A DNA stretch of 34,117 bases from Nemertoderma westbladi (GCA_032718475.1 JAUCBJ010003618.1:1-34117); one strand, 5' to 3'; counted from the first letter of the stretch, positions 10,442 through 23,700 are shown. Translations and numbers: made by a program. The notes: generated from the sequence alone by a model not told the origin.

Positions 10442-12150
10442 TCATACTGGTCCTTGATTGGTTGTCTGTACGACAGCGGTAGGTTGACCGTATGTAGTGA
10501 GGAATTTTCTCGGTTTAATCGCTTTTTCTAATTCGCGTTCCCTTGCTTTGTATTCATGTGGTCGTCTATGAACTTCTTGTAATTCAGGGTGTGCATTTAT
10601 GAATAACTCACCGTATTCTTTCTTCCTCAAACAATACATATAAATTCCAATGGACTAGTCGAGTTTTAATAAATCTATCGAGATTATATGGAGGTATGAC
10701 GTCATTTTCTATTCTTGAAACATTATAAGGTTTTCTAAATGAGTTTACTTTAACTAATTGATCCAAATGTTTTTGTAGTTGTTCGAGTTCAACAAGGTCG
10801 AGGGGATTTATCAATGGTAGAAACATTAAACTATATGTAGGACCTTCGGGTTTCACCATATAATATTGAGCTAAGTGGACATAGTAGGGGTGGTCTTTGA
10901 TCCCGTAAAATGAGTTCTGTAAAGGTCTAGCGCATATGTTAACCTCGTGTACCATACGACGGAGAAGATCTGCTCGATTGTCCGGAGGTTCAACGAGTAT
11001 ACCGTCGACACGAGCAGCTTCGATCGGTGGATGTTGTAACATAGGAGCATCAGCGATAAGATCTTGAGATCTTAAGTTGATATCAACCGGTTGAGGTTGT
11101 GCTGTTGCGAAGAGTTTATCTCCGAAATGAGGGACCATCGAAGGATGAATGATGGTTTTGGAGTAGAGATCAGTCATAAGTATCTGAGCTTCAGGTTGGG
11201 CTAAAGCGGCTTCTTCTCTCTCGTCCATTTCGATATGTTTCTCCTCTAGCTGATTCTTCTCCGCTTGTCTTTGAAAGCGTTCGTTTAAGAACTCTTGTAA
11301 CGAATATGTACATCCAAGTTCAATATCTCCTTCCAGATTCTCGATTTCTCGATCGAACTGAGGTAAAGCTAATTCTTTTACCGCTTGTACTTGTTGATGC
11401 AATCCACGTTTGTCTAAACAATCATAGATTCCATTTCTGATCTTTTGCCGAATTGCGTCCAGTGCGTTCCGTATGACACTTTCCTCTACCTCGGTGACAG
11501 GTTGTATCGGAGTCAAACCAGGATGATTATATGGGTTGAACGGAGATATTAGATGTCCGCTTCCCAAATCCGGCTAAGTAGGATGGGCGAATATCCAAGG
11601 AGCCCAAAACTGGAGTGCCACTGACTAATTGTTCGGGTAACACCAGATCTTTGAACAATGAGTACAACTCAGGAGGATCTCTGATCATAGGTTTACTTAA
11701 GGATCGTTTGAGTCGAGCGAGCATAGGTGGTACATCGAACAAGTTTCGCTCAAAACTCCCGTAAGTATAGCGCGTAAAACTATGTTTAGCGCAACGTCTC
11801 CGCGGGTGCTTATGTCGTTCCGTTTGTTGATTGGGTCTAGGGCATTCATCGCAGTAATACCAAAGATGCACGTCTTGTAAGGGGAATGCTGGCGATTTTT
11901 CTCCAGTTCTACAATATTCCTCCATCTGTTCGAAGCTATCCAGTACAACAGGTAGTGGTCGATTGGCGGTAAGATACATCATAGTAAAATACAGTCGTTT
12001 AAGTTCCATCATAGGATTAGGATGTATACCTTGCGGATATCGTGTTTCTAGATTTTGTTGAATAGCTACATTGAGATAAGTTTCTCTCAGGAACTCGAAA
12101 TATTCGTAAAAGTCAGTACGCTTATCCGGTTCTTCAACATCTTCTCTTTC
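10442..12150 (-). pseudogene. Unknown protein of about 570 codons, in three overlapping frames (two frameshifts, near 11570 and 10630)
   Basis: ORFs 11527..12234, 10608..11567 and 10442..10639 overlap end to end, are non-repetitive and have globular-protein composition. They include a CDEC-x9-H-x6-C-x2-H motif and an acidic helical stretch. Confidence 0.7.
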
Positions 12151-15100
12151 TCTCAACACTCTCTTACCTGCTGGACTTGTTCGCTTTCTAATCTTTCTTT
12201 GAAAGTCCTTCGGGATGGTCCCGTGAAATACCAACCTACTCTAGTTCATCCCGCATACGTTTGTAAGGGTAGCGGTCGAGCAGGCCGTTTCTCAATGGTT
12301 TCTAGCGCTTTGTGCGCATTCTGACCGAGCAATATGTGTACCCCTGGGTAATCTGTTCTAAATCTGGGGATGTTATGTTGCTGGGCAAAGTTGTCCTCGT
12401 CCCAGTTATAAGGCTCTACTTGACTAGCAGCAAAGTTCTTAATGGCCACCATTTTAACTGACCTTATACTGTCCTCACCTGATTTGTCCTGGGGAGTCGA
12501 CAATGATCCTAAGTAGAAATCCGTAGATACAATAGATTTCCATACCTGCATGATCCTGGAAAGATTCAGTTTGGTTTGGAATCTTTCTTGACCAGTGAAT
12601 ATATCCTCGGCCAAATCTTTATCGATGAAGGTGCCTGTACTACCTGAATCAAGGAGGGCATCCACAATAAGGCTCTTACCTTGTCCATGTACCCTAAGCT
12701 GCACCACTGGGAACTCTCTGATGCCGACAGATGGTTGCGAAACCTTCCATGAGGGCTGTCGATCTGGAATGGGTAGTTGGGATTCCTCTCCATCAGTTGC
12801 TGCCTCATAAGTAAGGGCTCGATATACGGCTGTGTTGATCATATAGCAGGATTCATTTTCATCAGAAAACTCATCCATATAGAATCCTTCCATCTCCGAA
12901 CTCTGATCTGTGTCATTTACATCACTGAACTGCACATGCAGTTCTGGTTCACTTACCTTATCGAACTCTGTATGTAGTAGGATATGATGTTTCGCTCCAC
13001 ACTTAGCGCACCTCGTGTCTGAGTAACAGGTTTTCCTTTGATGTCCTCTCCTGAGGCAATTGTAACATAAACTTTTATCCCAAGTTACACTACGTCTATC
13101 CTTTAATTATTTCCTTAAGAATTGCTCACACCCACTCAAGCGATGGGGCCCTTCACACAATACACACTTCGGTTTGATGTTACTTACCTTAGTTTGCATG
13201 GTGTTTTGTATGTGAGCTCTTTCTTCGGGCTTCCTACCAGGAATTCTCTTGGGAGACGTAGGAGGAGTTCTAAGTTGTTCTCCCTTGTTACTAGGTCGAA
13301 CCTTGGGTTTACTTATGTCCTTATCTTTACTCGTATAATAAGTTATTTCGGTGTCCTTGCCACTGTCTTCATCATAGGACGTTTGACTCTCATAATCGGT
13401 ATAACACACTGGTATGATCTTTCTCCTAGTAACAGGTTTCTCACTTACCTTAGTTTCTCAAGTCTTCTCTCTAGACTGTTTTATTAGCTGTAATATTACC
13501 TCTCCGTTTAAGAACGACATAAGGTCCGCCATGGTTGGATCTCTCTGATGTTGGTCCATCAAGCATAGAACCTTTTTGTCCCAACCAGTTCCTACTCCGC
13601 CCTTTGGCAAAGTTGACGCTACAGCTCCTACCACCATAGAACTTTGGTATTCATGAGACTTACCCAACCAGTCTAACTGTCTACAGATCTCCTGAATCTC
13701 ATCGGAAAACTCTATAATCCCATTACTAGGAAACTTCCTGGGCGCTACTAATTTCGCAAACAGATAACTAGCTATGTTAGTCCTATTACCATAAATGATG
13801 TTAAGTGTATCACAGACTTGTCTTAATCCGTCAGGATGTCCAATAAATTTTAACGCCATTAACTTGGGGGGACCTTCCAAGCACTCAATGAGGAATCGTA
13901 GTTTCTCTCCGTTGGATAGTACAGAGTTTTGTATGTTATCTTTGTAATATTCATTAAAAGGTAACCATTTCATCTCATCTCCATTAAACTTGACAACCTC
14001 TCCCACCTTTACAGCTGGACGAGCTTCCGTCCTAGCCATCTGACCCGTGAAACTCTCTTGAGCCATTGTACTATTTAATATCGAATTATCGGTATATAAA
14101 TTTCTCGGATGATTATCAGATCGGTATGGGATATCATTATCAACAGGTTTACTAATATTATTAACATGGTTTACTATAGGAGTTTCTACTTCACTAGCAG
14201 TATAGATGTGTGTAGGTTATACACCTTGCGCATGAGGTACTTCAGGCCTAAAGGGCTAACACACTGTTACAGGGGGTGGTGGTATACCCATTTGTATATT
14301 GACTAATTTATCGCGTTTGAGAGCGATGTGTTGCTGCACTTCTTGCAACTCTATTTTACTGTCCTGTACTGTTCCCTTTAATAATTGAACAGTTCCTTCC
14401 AAATCTCGGACTTGTTCAGTAGAGCGAGCCTTGGTTTTGGCTAATTGTCCCAGTAGCTCTTTCATCTCCTGCCACCCTTCCTCCATCCACTCGACCGCGG
14501 GTGCCGGAGCTGCCAACTTAGTAGCTGGATGGCACATCGGGGCTACAGGAGATAGTCCCTTTATTAACAAATTTTGCTCGGCATCAATACCAGTCTGAGA
14601 CTCTGGTATTTGTCTACTGGCCAAGGGAAGTTTGGTACTGTGTAAAAGGAACTCAGAGCTGTATTCAGGCAGCAAAAGGGTCTCCAATAAAGGATTAGCT
14701 TTGATAACAGGCCTAATTATTTCTGGCTCATCCACTATAGTAGGGAGTCTATCTGATCGTACAACTTGAGTTATTGACTGTCTATTTCTTAAGTCTACAT
14801 TAGCTAATTCCCTTCTCACCGGGGGTTAGTTAGGCAAGTTAGGTAACTTATGTCCTATGGATGCTCTTCTACGTCCATTTGAATGAGATTTATTGCTTCT
14901 ACACTCGGTGTCAGTGGTAGTACCTTCGTCCGAGGAAGTAGTAAATCCATGTCTTTTAGGAGTAGATTGACTTAGGATTTGCATCTGAGTCGCTGCCCTT
15001 TGTTTACTTAAGAAATCCTGTCTCGCTTGAATGCTCTCTAACTATAGTTGTGCTTTGGCTTCAGCTGCCCTCTTTTCAACTTCTACGGTGGCAGCTTTAA

Positions 15101-15617
15101 GTTCGACTTCTGCCACTGCCACTGCCTCGGCCGCTTTCCGTTCGACTTCCACCGCTGTCGCTGTAGCTTTTCGTTCAACTTCGCTGGTATCCGGCGTAAC
15201 TATCCCTGGTTGACTTGATGTTCTTCTATGGCTAGAAGAACTCGAGTGAGCACTATCCCAGGAAGAATCAAGAGTGGGTCAGGGTAAACCACTTCTTCCA
15301 TCCTTGAGCCAGTCTCGGGTGTTAACTCTTCGGTGCTGGAACTAGGGTCACTGAGTGGTTGAGAGATAACTTCCTGGTCAGTGGGCTGCCCGCTGTTCTG
15401 CAGCCGTCTCTTGGTCTCTCTTAACTTGAGCCATAGTGCCTATAATAGACCTATGGTGCTTCACTAACCTAGGGTCCGACACAACTACTGTAGGGATGAC
15501 CTTTCTTACAGTAGGAGGGGACTTAGACCTCGGTCGGGGCCTTTCTACACTTTGATCTGGGTCACAGAGTGTCTGTTCCAAAAGTCTATCTGACATTGTT
15601 TGTTTTGGGTCAGACAT
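12150..15617 (-). pseudogene. BEL/Pao gag-protease, unit B (disrupted by stops and frameshifts)
   Basis: Gag core FNGDEMKWLPFNEYY...EKLRFLIECLEG (DUF1759-type), knuckle CVLCEGPHRLSGC plus two more knuckles at about 12980-13070, aspartic protease LLDSGSTGTFI at about 12640. Confidence 0.92.
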
Positions 15618-16162
15618 AATTTATTTACAGTTGAATGCCTATCAAGATAATAACAGTTAAAGTAAATCTAGGGCAAATCAGTATCACCTGTCAGTCTCGT
15701 AGTTACCCAATATTGTTACTCAATGTAACGTAGGTAGATATCAAGTGTTAGAATACCGGTATACACCTATAGTATATATAACAGTATTACTACAGACTAG
15801 GATCAATCACTGAATACCAGTATATAAGTTTAGCCTAAGTTATATAAATTTATAATAAGCTTACGGTAGGCATCAATATTTTCAATAATGAAATAATAAC
15901 TGATTATCCGATTTTAGGAATTATTTCCATTTTACTCTAATACTGATATTGAGCAATAGGTTCAACTGATATTAAGACCTAGTTGATGTATAACAGGCCT
16001 ACTAATTTATAAATCTGATTGAGTTAAATTTATAATTATATATACCCATAATGGGTTTTGTCAATTATTGAAATAAATGTTATTATTTCTGAGTACGAAG
16101 TCACTACACAGAGGTTGGACGCTCTCAGTGGAGTTCTACTTGTTAGACACTAAATACTGATA
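15618..16162 (-). repeat. 5' leader of unit B, direct repeat of 24613-25161
   Basis: Colinear over about 545 bp, from ACAGTTGAATGCCTATCA to GTTAGACACTAAATACTGATA. Confidence 0.93.
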
Positions 16163-16904
16163 GTTATACTTAACTAAGTTACTTATCCCTACAAATTACT
16201 TACGTATAACATGTTGAGATTACACAATCTCTAAGTAAACAATAAACAAAGTTACACGTACAATTTTTAGGGTAATTTTACAAGAATTTTACAAACCAGA
16301 CTAACAAGAATTTAGAATTTCTGGTTCTTACAGACTGACAGGGAATTTACGGAATTTTGAAATCAATAAAGTAGTTTCAATACGTTGTGTTGTCCAGATA
16401 AGGAAATGCCACCGTCTGATGGCTTATAGTCTACACTATAAACAAACATTCCCGTAGTGTCCTATACCTAGAGATTAATTATCGAAGCCTAAAGCTAACG
16501 GACCTATTAACCACGTTACAACCAGAGCTTGGTTTAGCCGAGACAAGAGGATCTGAACTTTGCATTCCTAATACTCTACTTTACCAATAATACTTAAGTA
16601 TAGTAGGAGCGGTATATTGTACTTTAATAAGTACTGACATTTCATCTTACTGTAGTCACGTATTTATAGTAGGATACGGACAGTAAGGAAAGAGAAAATG
16701 AAATTATTTCTCACCATTAACGAAATATATTATACTAAGTAATTAAGTAATAAAACACGAAATATATTGCTCTAATCTACTGAATAATCATTAAAAAATA
16801 TTATTCTACTAAATAAAATTAAAGAAAACGATCATAATAATATAATTACATAATAATGTGTACATAAATATAAAAATAAACAAATAAAATAATATAGTCA
16901 CACA
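16163..16904 (-). promoter_or_regulatory. LTR-like region between unit A integrase and unit B leader
   Basis: On the minus strand: purine tract GGAGTGGG (16912-16905) directly followed by TGTG, an AT-rich stretch, TATAAATA (16668-16661) and ATTAAA (16628-16623). No partner LTR and no clear primer-binding site, so the inner boundary is unknown. Confidence 0.5.
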
Positions 16905-18075
16905 CCCACTCCAAACGCTATTATGTTGGGGAGTCGCATGTTGGGGGTACGTCGCATGACGACGAGTTCTACCGATCTCACTAAACCACCATCGGATATA
17001 TGAGTCTCGATGATACGACCTGTCTGCCACCTCTTACGGGGAAGATCTGTATCCACGATAAGGACCATGTCTCCAGCGCTGACGTTTTCTTGCTGCGCAA
17101 ACCACTTTGTTCGAAGTTGTAGGAAGATAATGTTTTTCGAAATGGTCAGCGAAACGACGGGATAATAACTGCATAAGTTGCCAAGTTTGTCGGCAGTATT
17201 CATCTCCGTCTGTTATTTCCGACTGCGGGAGCATGGCTACAGGTTTCTTTAGTAGGAAATGCGCGGGTGTTAGCGCTTCTAGAGAGTCGGGACTCTATGA
17301 GACTGGTATAAGCGGTCTCTCGTTGAGATAGGCAGCGATTTCCTCCATTAACGTCCGCAAAAGTTCGTTGGTGAGATACGCACGGCACGGCACTATAAAG
17401 TGAAATGTGGTCTTCACGCTACGTATGAGTCTCTCCCAACCTCCTCCCCACCAAGGGGCGTCGGCGGCGTTGAAGGTCCAGCTGGATGCTGTTACTCTTA
17501 GCTGATCGTCCACCTGTCTTTGGTTCCAATCTTTTATGTAAGCTTTAATCTCATTATTGGCGCCAATGAAAGTAGTACCTTTGTCAGATCTCATAGTGTT
17601 GCTAGTCCCAAAACGAGCAATTTATCGGCGTAAACTCAGTATGAAGCTGTTGGTAGATAGATTGTTCACCATATCTAGATGGATCGCTCTACAAGTCATA
17701 CAAACAAAGATGATGCACAATCGCTTGACTATAGTCCTAGCATGATATACTTCAATAGGGCCAAATAAATCCACACCAGTATTAGTAAAGGGTGGTTCAT
17801 AACAGCTTACTCGTTCCCTAGGTAATTCTGCCTCTCGCTGTGTTAAAGGCCTACTAAATGCTTTCCTACAAGGTATACAGTTCCTAAGAACTTGGTTTAG
17901 AGCTCTACGGGGCTTATGGAAATAATAGCGAGTTCGAATTTCACTAAGAACTCGTTCTCTACCAGCGTGGTAAAGCTTACTGTGAACATCTACAATCATC
18001 TTGATTTGTATTTCAAGATTTCTAATGAGTATGGGAAACTTAGTGTCAAAGGACAATCGAGCATTGGTTAATCTC
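16898..18075 (-). pseudogene. BEL/Pao integrase (HHCC zinc domain, DDE core, DUF5641-type tail), frameshifted
   Basis: HSKLYHAG...CIPC; GVDLFGP; RSDKGTTF; PWWGGGWERLIRSVK; LNERPL; QLRTKWF...GDMVLI...PRKRWQTGRI...GLVRSV. Confidence 0.95.
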
Positions 18076-18699
18076 CCTCCGACACGTATTTACCCATCTA
18101 TCATTGTGCTAGAGAAACGATCCCTTAAGCGCATCTGTGGATTTCTCAACAACAGGAAATACTTTTCCGGAATTCTCGTAACATTGCAGGAGTCTCAGTA
18201 TCTGCTTGTTGGCATCATCATGTTCTTGGTAACTGATCTTCTCAGTCATAAACCTATCAGGCAGCCGATAAGTGGGAAGGTCTTTGGTAGCATGGACCTT
18301 TTCAGCTACTACTGAAGTGGCATCATTAGCGATCTTCGTCCTGGAATCGTGATGATGGAAACATCGTTTTAAATACACAATGGGCTTGCAAAGCCGATTC
18401 CAGGAGCTATAATGAGCCATCGCTCTTTGGATAAGAGGAGAGAGTCCTTGTGAGACGTCTGGTGTTCCAGATTTCCAATCTCTTTCCCTTATTTCTATAA
18501 CGGATTTATTTATGGTTCGAGTAACATCCATGGATGGATTCAGATCCACAGTGTTATCACCGGTGGTGTGTAGCACAGACAGATCTATCGCTGACTTAAA
18601 CAGCTTTGATTTACTCATCCGGGTTTTCGGTTTGACTTTCTCCGCTCCCTTGGCTTGTCTGATCTCCGCCGTGGTGAGATGAGGGGGCCATTCCTCCTC

Positions 18700-19170
18700 T
18701 TCTTTACCTAGAAAGTCGGGGCCACCTAACCAGTATGGAGTGTCTATCAGTTCTTGAGGAGTTGCTCCGCTGGAAGCGATATCGGCTGGATTAATTGTTC
18801 CAGGGCAATGTCTCCATTGATCTATATTAGAGCGACTGAGTATAATAGCTACTCTGTTGGTAACAAAGACGCTGAACTGACAGACTTCATTAGTTATATA
18901 CTGCAGAATGAGTAACGCATCAGTCCAATAGACAGTTTTCTCTAGAGGATAGTCGATCTGTTCGGTTACATTCCGGCTGATGGCTGTAGCGTATAGCGCC
19001 GCCTTTAACTCCGCTCTGGGAACCCGCAGTTTGTTGTTTATTAGGGCCTTGGAGGCGGCTAATGAAACTTTAATTCCATCGGGAGTTTCAACCCTCAGGT
19101 AGGCTACTATACCTATTCCAATATCGCTGGCGTCTCCAAAAACATGGAGTTGATAGGAATACGTGGGGAG
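18700..19170 (-). pseudogene. BEL/Pao RNase H domain (not in the ORF track because it lacks a start codon)
   Basis: Minus-strand translation gives LHVFGDASDIGIGIVAYLR, VPRAELKAAL, YWTDALLIL, FVTNRV, QWRHCPGTINPADIAS, WLGGPDFL. Confidence 0.92.
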
Positions 19171-19230
19171 AACATGACCGAAATACGAGCAGGAAATCTT
19201 AAAGTTCTCAATAGATGGTAAAGAATCCTC

Positions 19231-20310
19231 CTACTTCATCCACTTCTTTAGCAGTTCTCCCTGGAGTGGATCATCCCACGAGTGGTTTTCGAGCCACATT
19301 TGTTGTACCAAGCTCCGAGCAACTAGTATTACTGGGTTAATGAATCCCAATGGATCGAAGTAAGTGCTCAGAATACTCAGACAAATCCGTTTAGTTCGAA
19401 CGGGATTATCTCGTTGTTTCAGTTTAAAAAATAAAATGTCTCTCTCCGTGTTCCATTTCAGTCCAAGATTCTTGGTTTCTGGAAGATCGTCCTTAATGAG
19501 GTCAAGATCTTTAACACCTCGGTCTTCTACTGGGATTGATTCCAGGAACTCACGGAAGTTACTAGTGAATTTGGTTAGGCGAAATCCACCTCGTTGTAAG
19601 CACTCTACCGTTTCCTTGGCAACATCGATTGCTTCTTCCACCGATGGGAGGGACTTTAGATTGTCGTCCATGTAAATATCCCGTTTGATGTTGTCGATAA
19701 CCACTTTAGAGAAGGCGTCTCTATTATCGTCGGCAGTGGTGCGCACTACCGAACAAGCGTTCGAGGGGCTCGATATGATCCCGAAAGCCTGGATTGTCAT
19801 CCAGTACTCCAGCGGTTTTCGGTTGAGGTCTCCTTCAGGCCACCACAGAAATCATAGGCTATCTCGATCCCTAGCTAACGCTTTAACTTGTAGAAACATG
19901 CCTTCAATGTTGGAAGCGAAGGCAATTGAATATTGCCGCAGTCGTAATAATATTCCCAACAAAGATTGCAGTAAGTTGGGTCCCGGCAACAGTTCTGAGT
20001 TTAGGGATTGTCCCATATAAAGGGCGGAGCCGTCAAACACTACCCAGACTTCATTTGGTTTACCGGCCTTGGGAACGTAATGGTGTATCAAGTAATACGT
20101 TCTTTCCGTTATGGGTGTTTCTTCCGGAACTCGCTCCGCGTATCCCTTGTCGATGAACTTCTTTAGTTGCGTCTTATACATCTCTTTGGCTCGATCGTTA
20201 GACATCAAGCGCCGATGTTGCAGAGCGATTCTCTTTTCTGCTAAAGTTCGCTTATTAACAAAGCTGGGTTCTCTCCGCCTGAAAGGCAGACCAATCTCAT
20301 AGCGACCCTC
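19231..20310 (-). pseudogene. BEL/Pao reverse transcriptase with in-frame stops
   Basis: YEIGLPF, YYLIHHYV, VVFDGSA, SLNSELLPGPNL, IEGMFLQV, FGIISSP, IYMDD (about 19663-19677), GGFRLTKFTSN, LGLKWN, FDPLGFINP; stops at 19852 and 19231. Confidence 0.95.
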
Positions 20311-20759
20311 CTCCTTCAGATAATGAGTAGTTGTTTCCTGAATTTGCTTGGCTCTCTCTTCCTCGATGGATAATGCTTTGTCGTAGGAATTAGGCTCTAC
20401 AGCTTCTTGAGTAAAGAATCGTACCGCGTGTTCATCGCGTATCTTATCATTATATCGCTCTACCACTTCACTGAGTTCGTTGTCGCAAGTCAACAGTCTG
20501 TTGTTTTGACAGATAAGGTTACACAAATTAACTTGGTTTGACCAAGTTCGATTCTCAGTGAGGAGTTCAATGGTATTCTCCTCGTCATATAGAATTTGGA
20601 TGTCGTCGTTGTCTGAAGAACATAGAGTTTCCTCAGCTGGGATATCCTCTTCGCTCACGGCTTCCTTACACTCTCTTACCTGATGGACTTGCTCTCCCTG
20701 AGATCGTTCCTGCAAAGTCCTGTGGGAAGGTCCCTTGAAGTACCAACCTACTCTCATTC

Positions 20760-23700
20760 TTCCCGCGTAGGTCTGTAGTGGTCGCGGTCGAGCAGGCCGT
20801 TTTTCTAAGGTCTCAAGCGCCTCATGCGCATTCTGGCCGAGCAGTATCTGTACCCCTGGGTAATCTGTACTGAATCTAGGTATATTGTATTGCTGGGTAA
20901 AATGGTCTTCATCCCAGTTGTAGCAAAGTTCTTTATCGCCACCATTTTAACTGACCTTACACTGCTCTCACCTAGTTCATCTTGGGGAGTGGACAACGAT
21001 CCAACATAAAAATCTGTGGAAACCGTAGATTTCCAAACCTGCATAATTCCAGAAAGGTTCAGTTTGGTTCGGAACTGTGGTTGACCAGCAAAGATATCTT
21101 TGGCAAGGTCCTTGTCAATAAAGGTGCCTGTACTACCGGAGTCAAGGAGGACATTCACTATTAAGCTCTTCCCTTTTCCATGTACTCTCAGTTGCACCAG
21201 GGGGAACTCTCGGATACCGAAAGATGGTATTGAAATTTTCCATGTGAACTGTCGATCCAGAATAGATAGTTGGTGTTCTTCTCCCTCCGTTTCGGTCTCA
21301 TACGTAAGGATACGTCGATATACGGTTATGTTGATCATATAGCAGGATTCATTTTCGTCGGAAAATCCATCTGTATAGAATCCTTCCATCTCCGAACTAT
21401 GGTCAGTGTCATTCACATCACTGAATTGTACATGTAGTTCGGGCTCACTTACTGAACTCGTCCGAGTCTTATCAAACTCGGTGTGTAGCAAGATATGATG
21501 TTTAGCTCCACACTTAGCACACCTCATGTCTGAGTAACAGGTTTTCCTTTGATGTCCTCGCCTGAGGCAATTATAACACAATCGTTTATCCCACATGACA
21601 TCACGTCTATCCTTTAGTTCTTTCTTCAAGAATTCTTCACACCCACTCAAGCGATGTGGCCCGTCGCACAATACACACTTAGGTTTGATGTTACTTACCT
21701 TAGCCTGCATTGTATTTTGTACGCTAGTTCTTTCTTAGGGCTTCCTTCCATGAATTCTCTTGGGAGATGTAGGGGGAGTTGTTATATGTTCCCTCCTGCC
21801 ACTGGTTCGAGCCTTAGATTTACTTATGTCTTTCTTGACCTTATTTGTGTAATAAGATCTCTCGGTGTCTTTGCCACTATTTTCGTCATAAGACGTTTGA
21901 CTTTCCTAATCATCTGTATAACACACTGGTGTTACCTTTCTCCTAGTTACGGATTTTTCACTTACCTTAGTTTCCGGAGTCTTCTCTCTAGACTGTTTTA
22001 TGAGCTGTAGTCTTAGCTCTCCATTTAAGAACGACGTAAGGTCAGCAATGTTTGGATCTCTATGTTGTTGGTCCATCAAATAGAGAACCTTTTTGTCCCA
22101 GCGAGTACCTACTCCGCCTTTTGGCAAAGCTGATGCTACGGCTCCTACAACCATAGAACTCTGGTATTCATGAGACTTATCCAACCAGTCTAACTGTCTA
22201 CAGATCTCCTGAATCTTATCAGAAAACTCGATAATCCCGCTGCTAAGAAACTTTCTGGGCGCTACTAATTTCGCATACAGATATCTAGCTATGTTACTCC
22301 TATTACCATACCTGATATTAAGCGTATCCCATACTTGTCTCAATCCGTTTGGATGTCCAATAAACTTTAACGCCATTAACTTGGGAGGTCCTTCCAAGCA
22401 CTCGATGAGGAATCATAATTTCTCTCCGCTGGATAGTACGGAGTTTTGTATGTTATCCTTGTAATATTCATTAAAAGGTAACCATTTCATCTCATCTCCA
22501 TTAAATTTGACGACCTCTCCCACCTTTACTGCTTGACGGGCTTCCGTTCTAGCCATCTGACGTATGAAGCTTTCTTGAGCCATCGTATTATTTAATATCG
22601 AATTATCGGTATATAAATTTCTCGGATTATTATCAGATCGGTATGGGATATCATTATCGACAGGCTTATTAATACTCTTGATAGGGTTTACTATAGGAGT
22701 TTTTACTTCACTAGCAGTATACATGCGTGTAGGCTCCACACCTTGCGCATGAAATACTTCAGACCTAACGGGCTGACACATTGTTACAGAGGGTGGTGGT
22801 ATACCCATTTGTATATTTACTAATTTATCATTTTCGAGCGCGATATGCTGCTGTACTTCTTGCAGCTCTAACTTACTCTCTCTTACTGTTCCCTTTAGCA
22901 GTTGAACAGTCCCTTCCAATTCTCGGACTTGTTTAGAGGACTGTATTTTGTTCTCCTCTAATTGCCCGAGCAATTCCTCCATCCCCCGTCGTCCTTCCTC
23001 CATCCCCTCAACCGCAGATGCAGGAGTCGCCAACGACGTAGCTGGATGGCACATCGGGACGACAGGGCACAGTCCAGTTATTATCTCTTGCTCGGTGTCA
23101 ATAACAGTCTGAGATTCTGGCAGTTGTCTACTGGACATAGGTATTTTGGTACTGTGTAAAGGGAATTTTGAGTTGGGTTCTGGGAAGGTATTTTGGTACT
23201 GTGTAAAGGGAATTTTGAGTTGGGTTCGGGGAGCAAAGGGGTCTCTATTAAAGGAGTAGCTTTGCTAACAGGCCTAATTATTTCTGGCTCATCTACTATA
23301 GTAGGGAGTCTTTCCACTCTTATAATTTGGTCTGTTGACTCTCTATTAGTTACGTCTACATTAGCTAGCTCCCTTCTCACTGTAGGGGGTAAGTTAGGCA
23401 ACTTATGTCTGTGGGGTGCTCTTCTACATCCGTTTGAACGAGATTTATTACCTTTACACTCGGGATCAGTTGTAGCACCTTCATCCGAGGAGGTAAATCC
23501 CTGTCTTCTGGGAGTAGATCGACTCAGTAGTTGCATCTGAGTAGCTGCTCTTTGTTTATTTAAGTAATCTTGTTTCGCCTGAAGGCTCTCCAACTCTAGT
23601 TGTACTTTTGCTTCAGCCGTTCTGCTTCCGCCACTTTTCGATCAACTTCTGCCGCTGCCGCTGCCGCCGCTGATTTTCTTTCAGCTTCAACTGTTGCAGC

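Larger units (their letters stand above)
10442..16904 (-). mobile_element. BEL/Pao-derived non-autonomous unit B: LTR-like region, 5' leader, gag, protease, then unknown ORF instead of RT/RNase H/integrase
   Basis: 12150-16162 is colinear with 20662-25161 of unit A. No RT or integrase motifs between 12150 and 10442. No second LTR seen at the left end. Confidence 0.8.

Noticed and set aside
10442-12150. Cargo ORF as an env gene
   Set aside because: No signal peptide, transmembrane stretch or Cys-rich ectodomain visible, and it follows PR rather than IN.
12150-12260. Programmed frameshift or readthrough linking protease to cargo
   Set aside because: No X XXY YYZ slippery heptamer seen, and the unit has many random disablements, so mutation is the simpler explanation.
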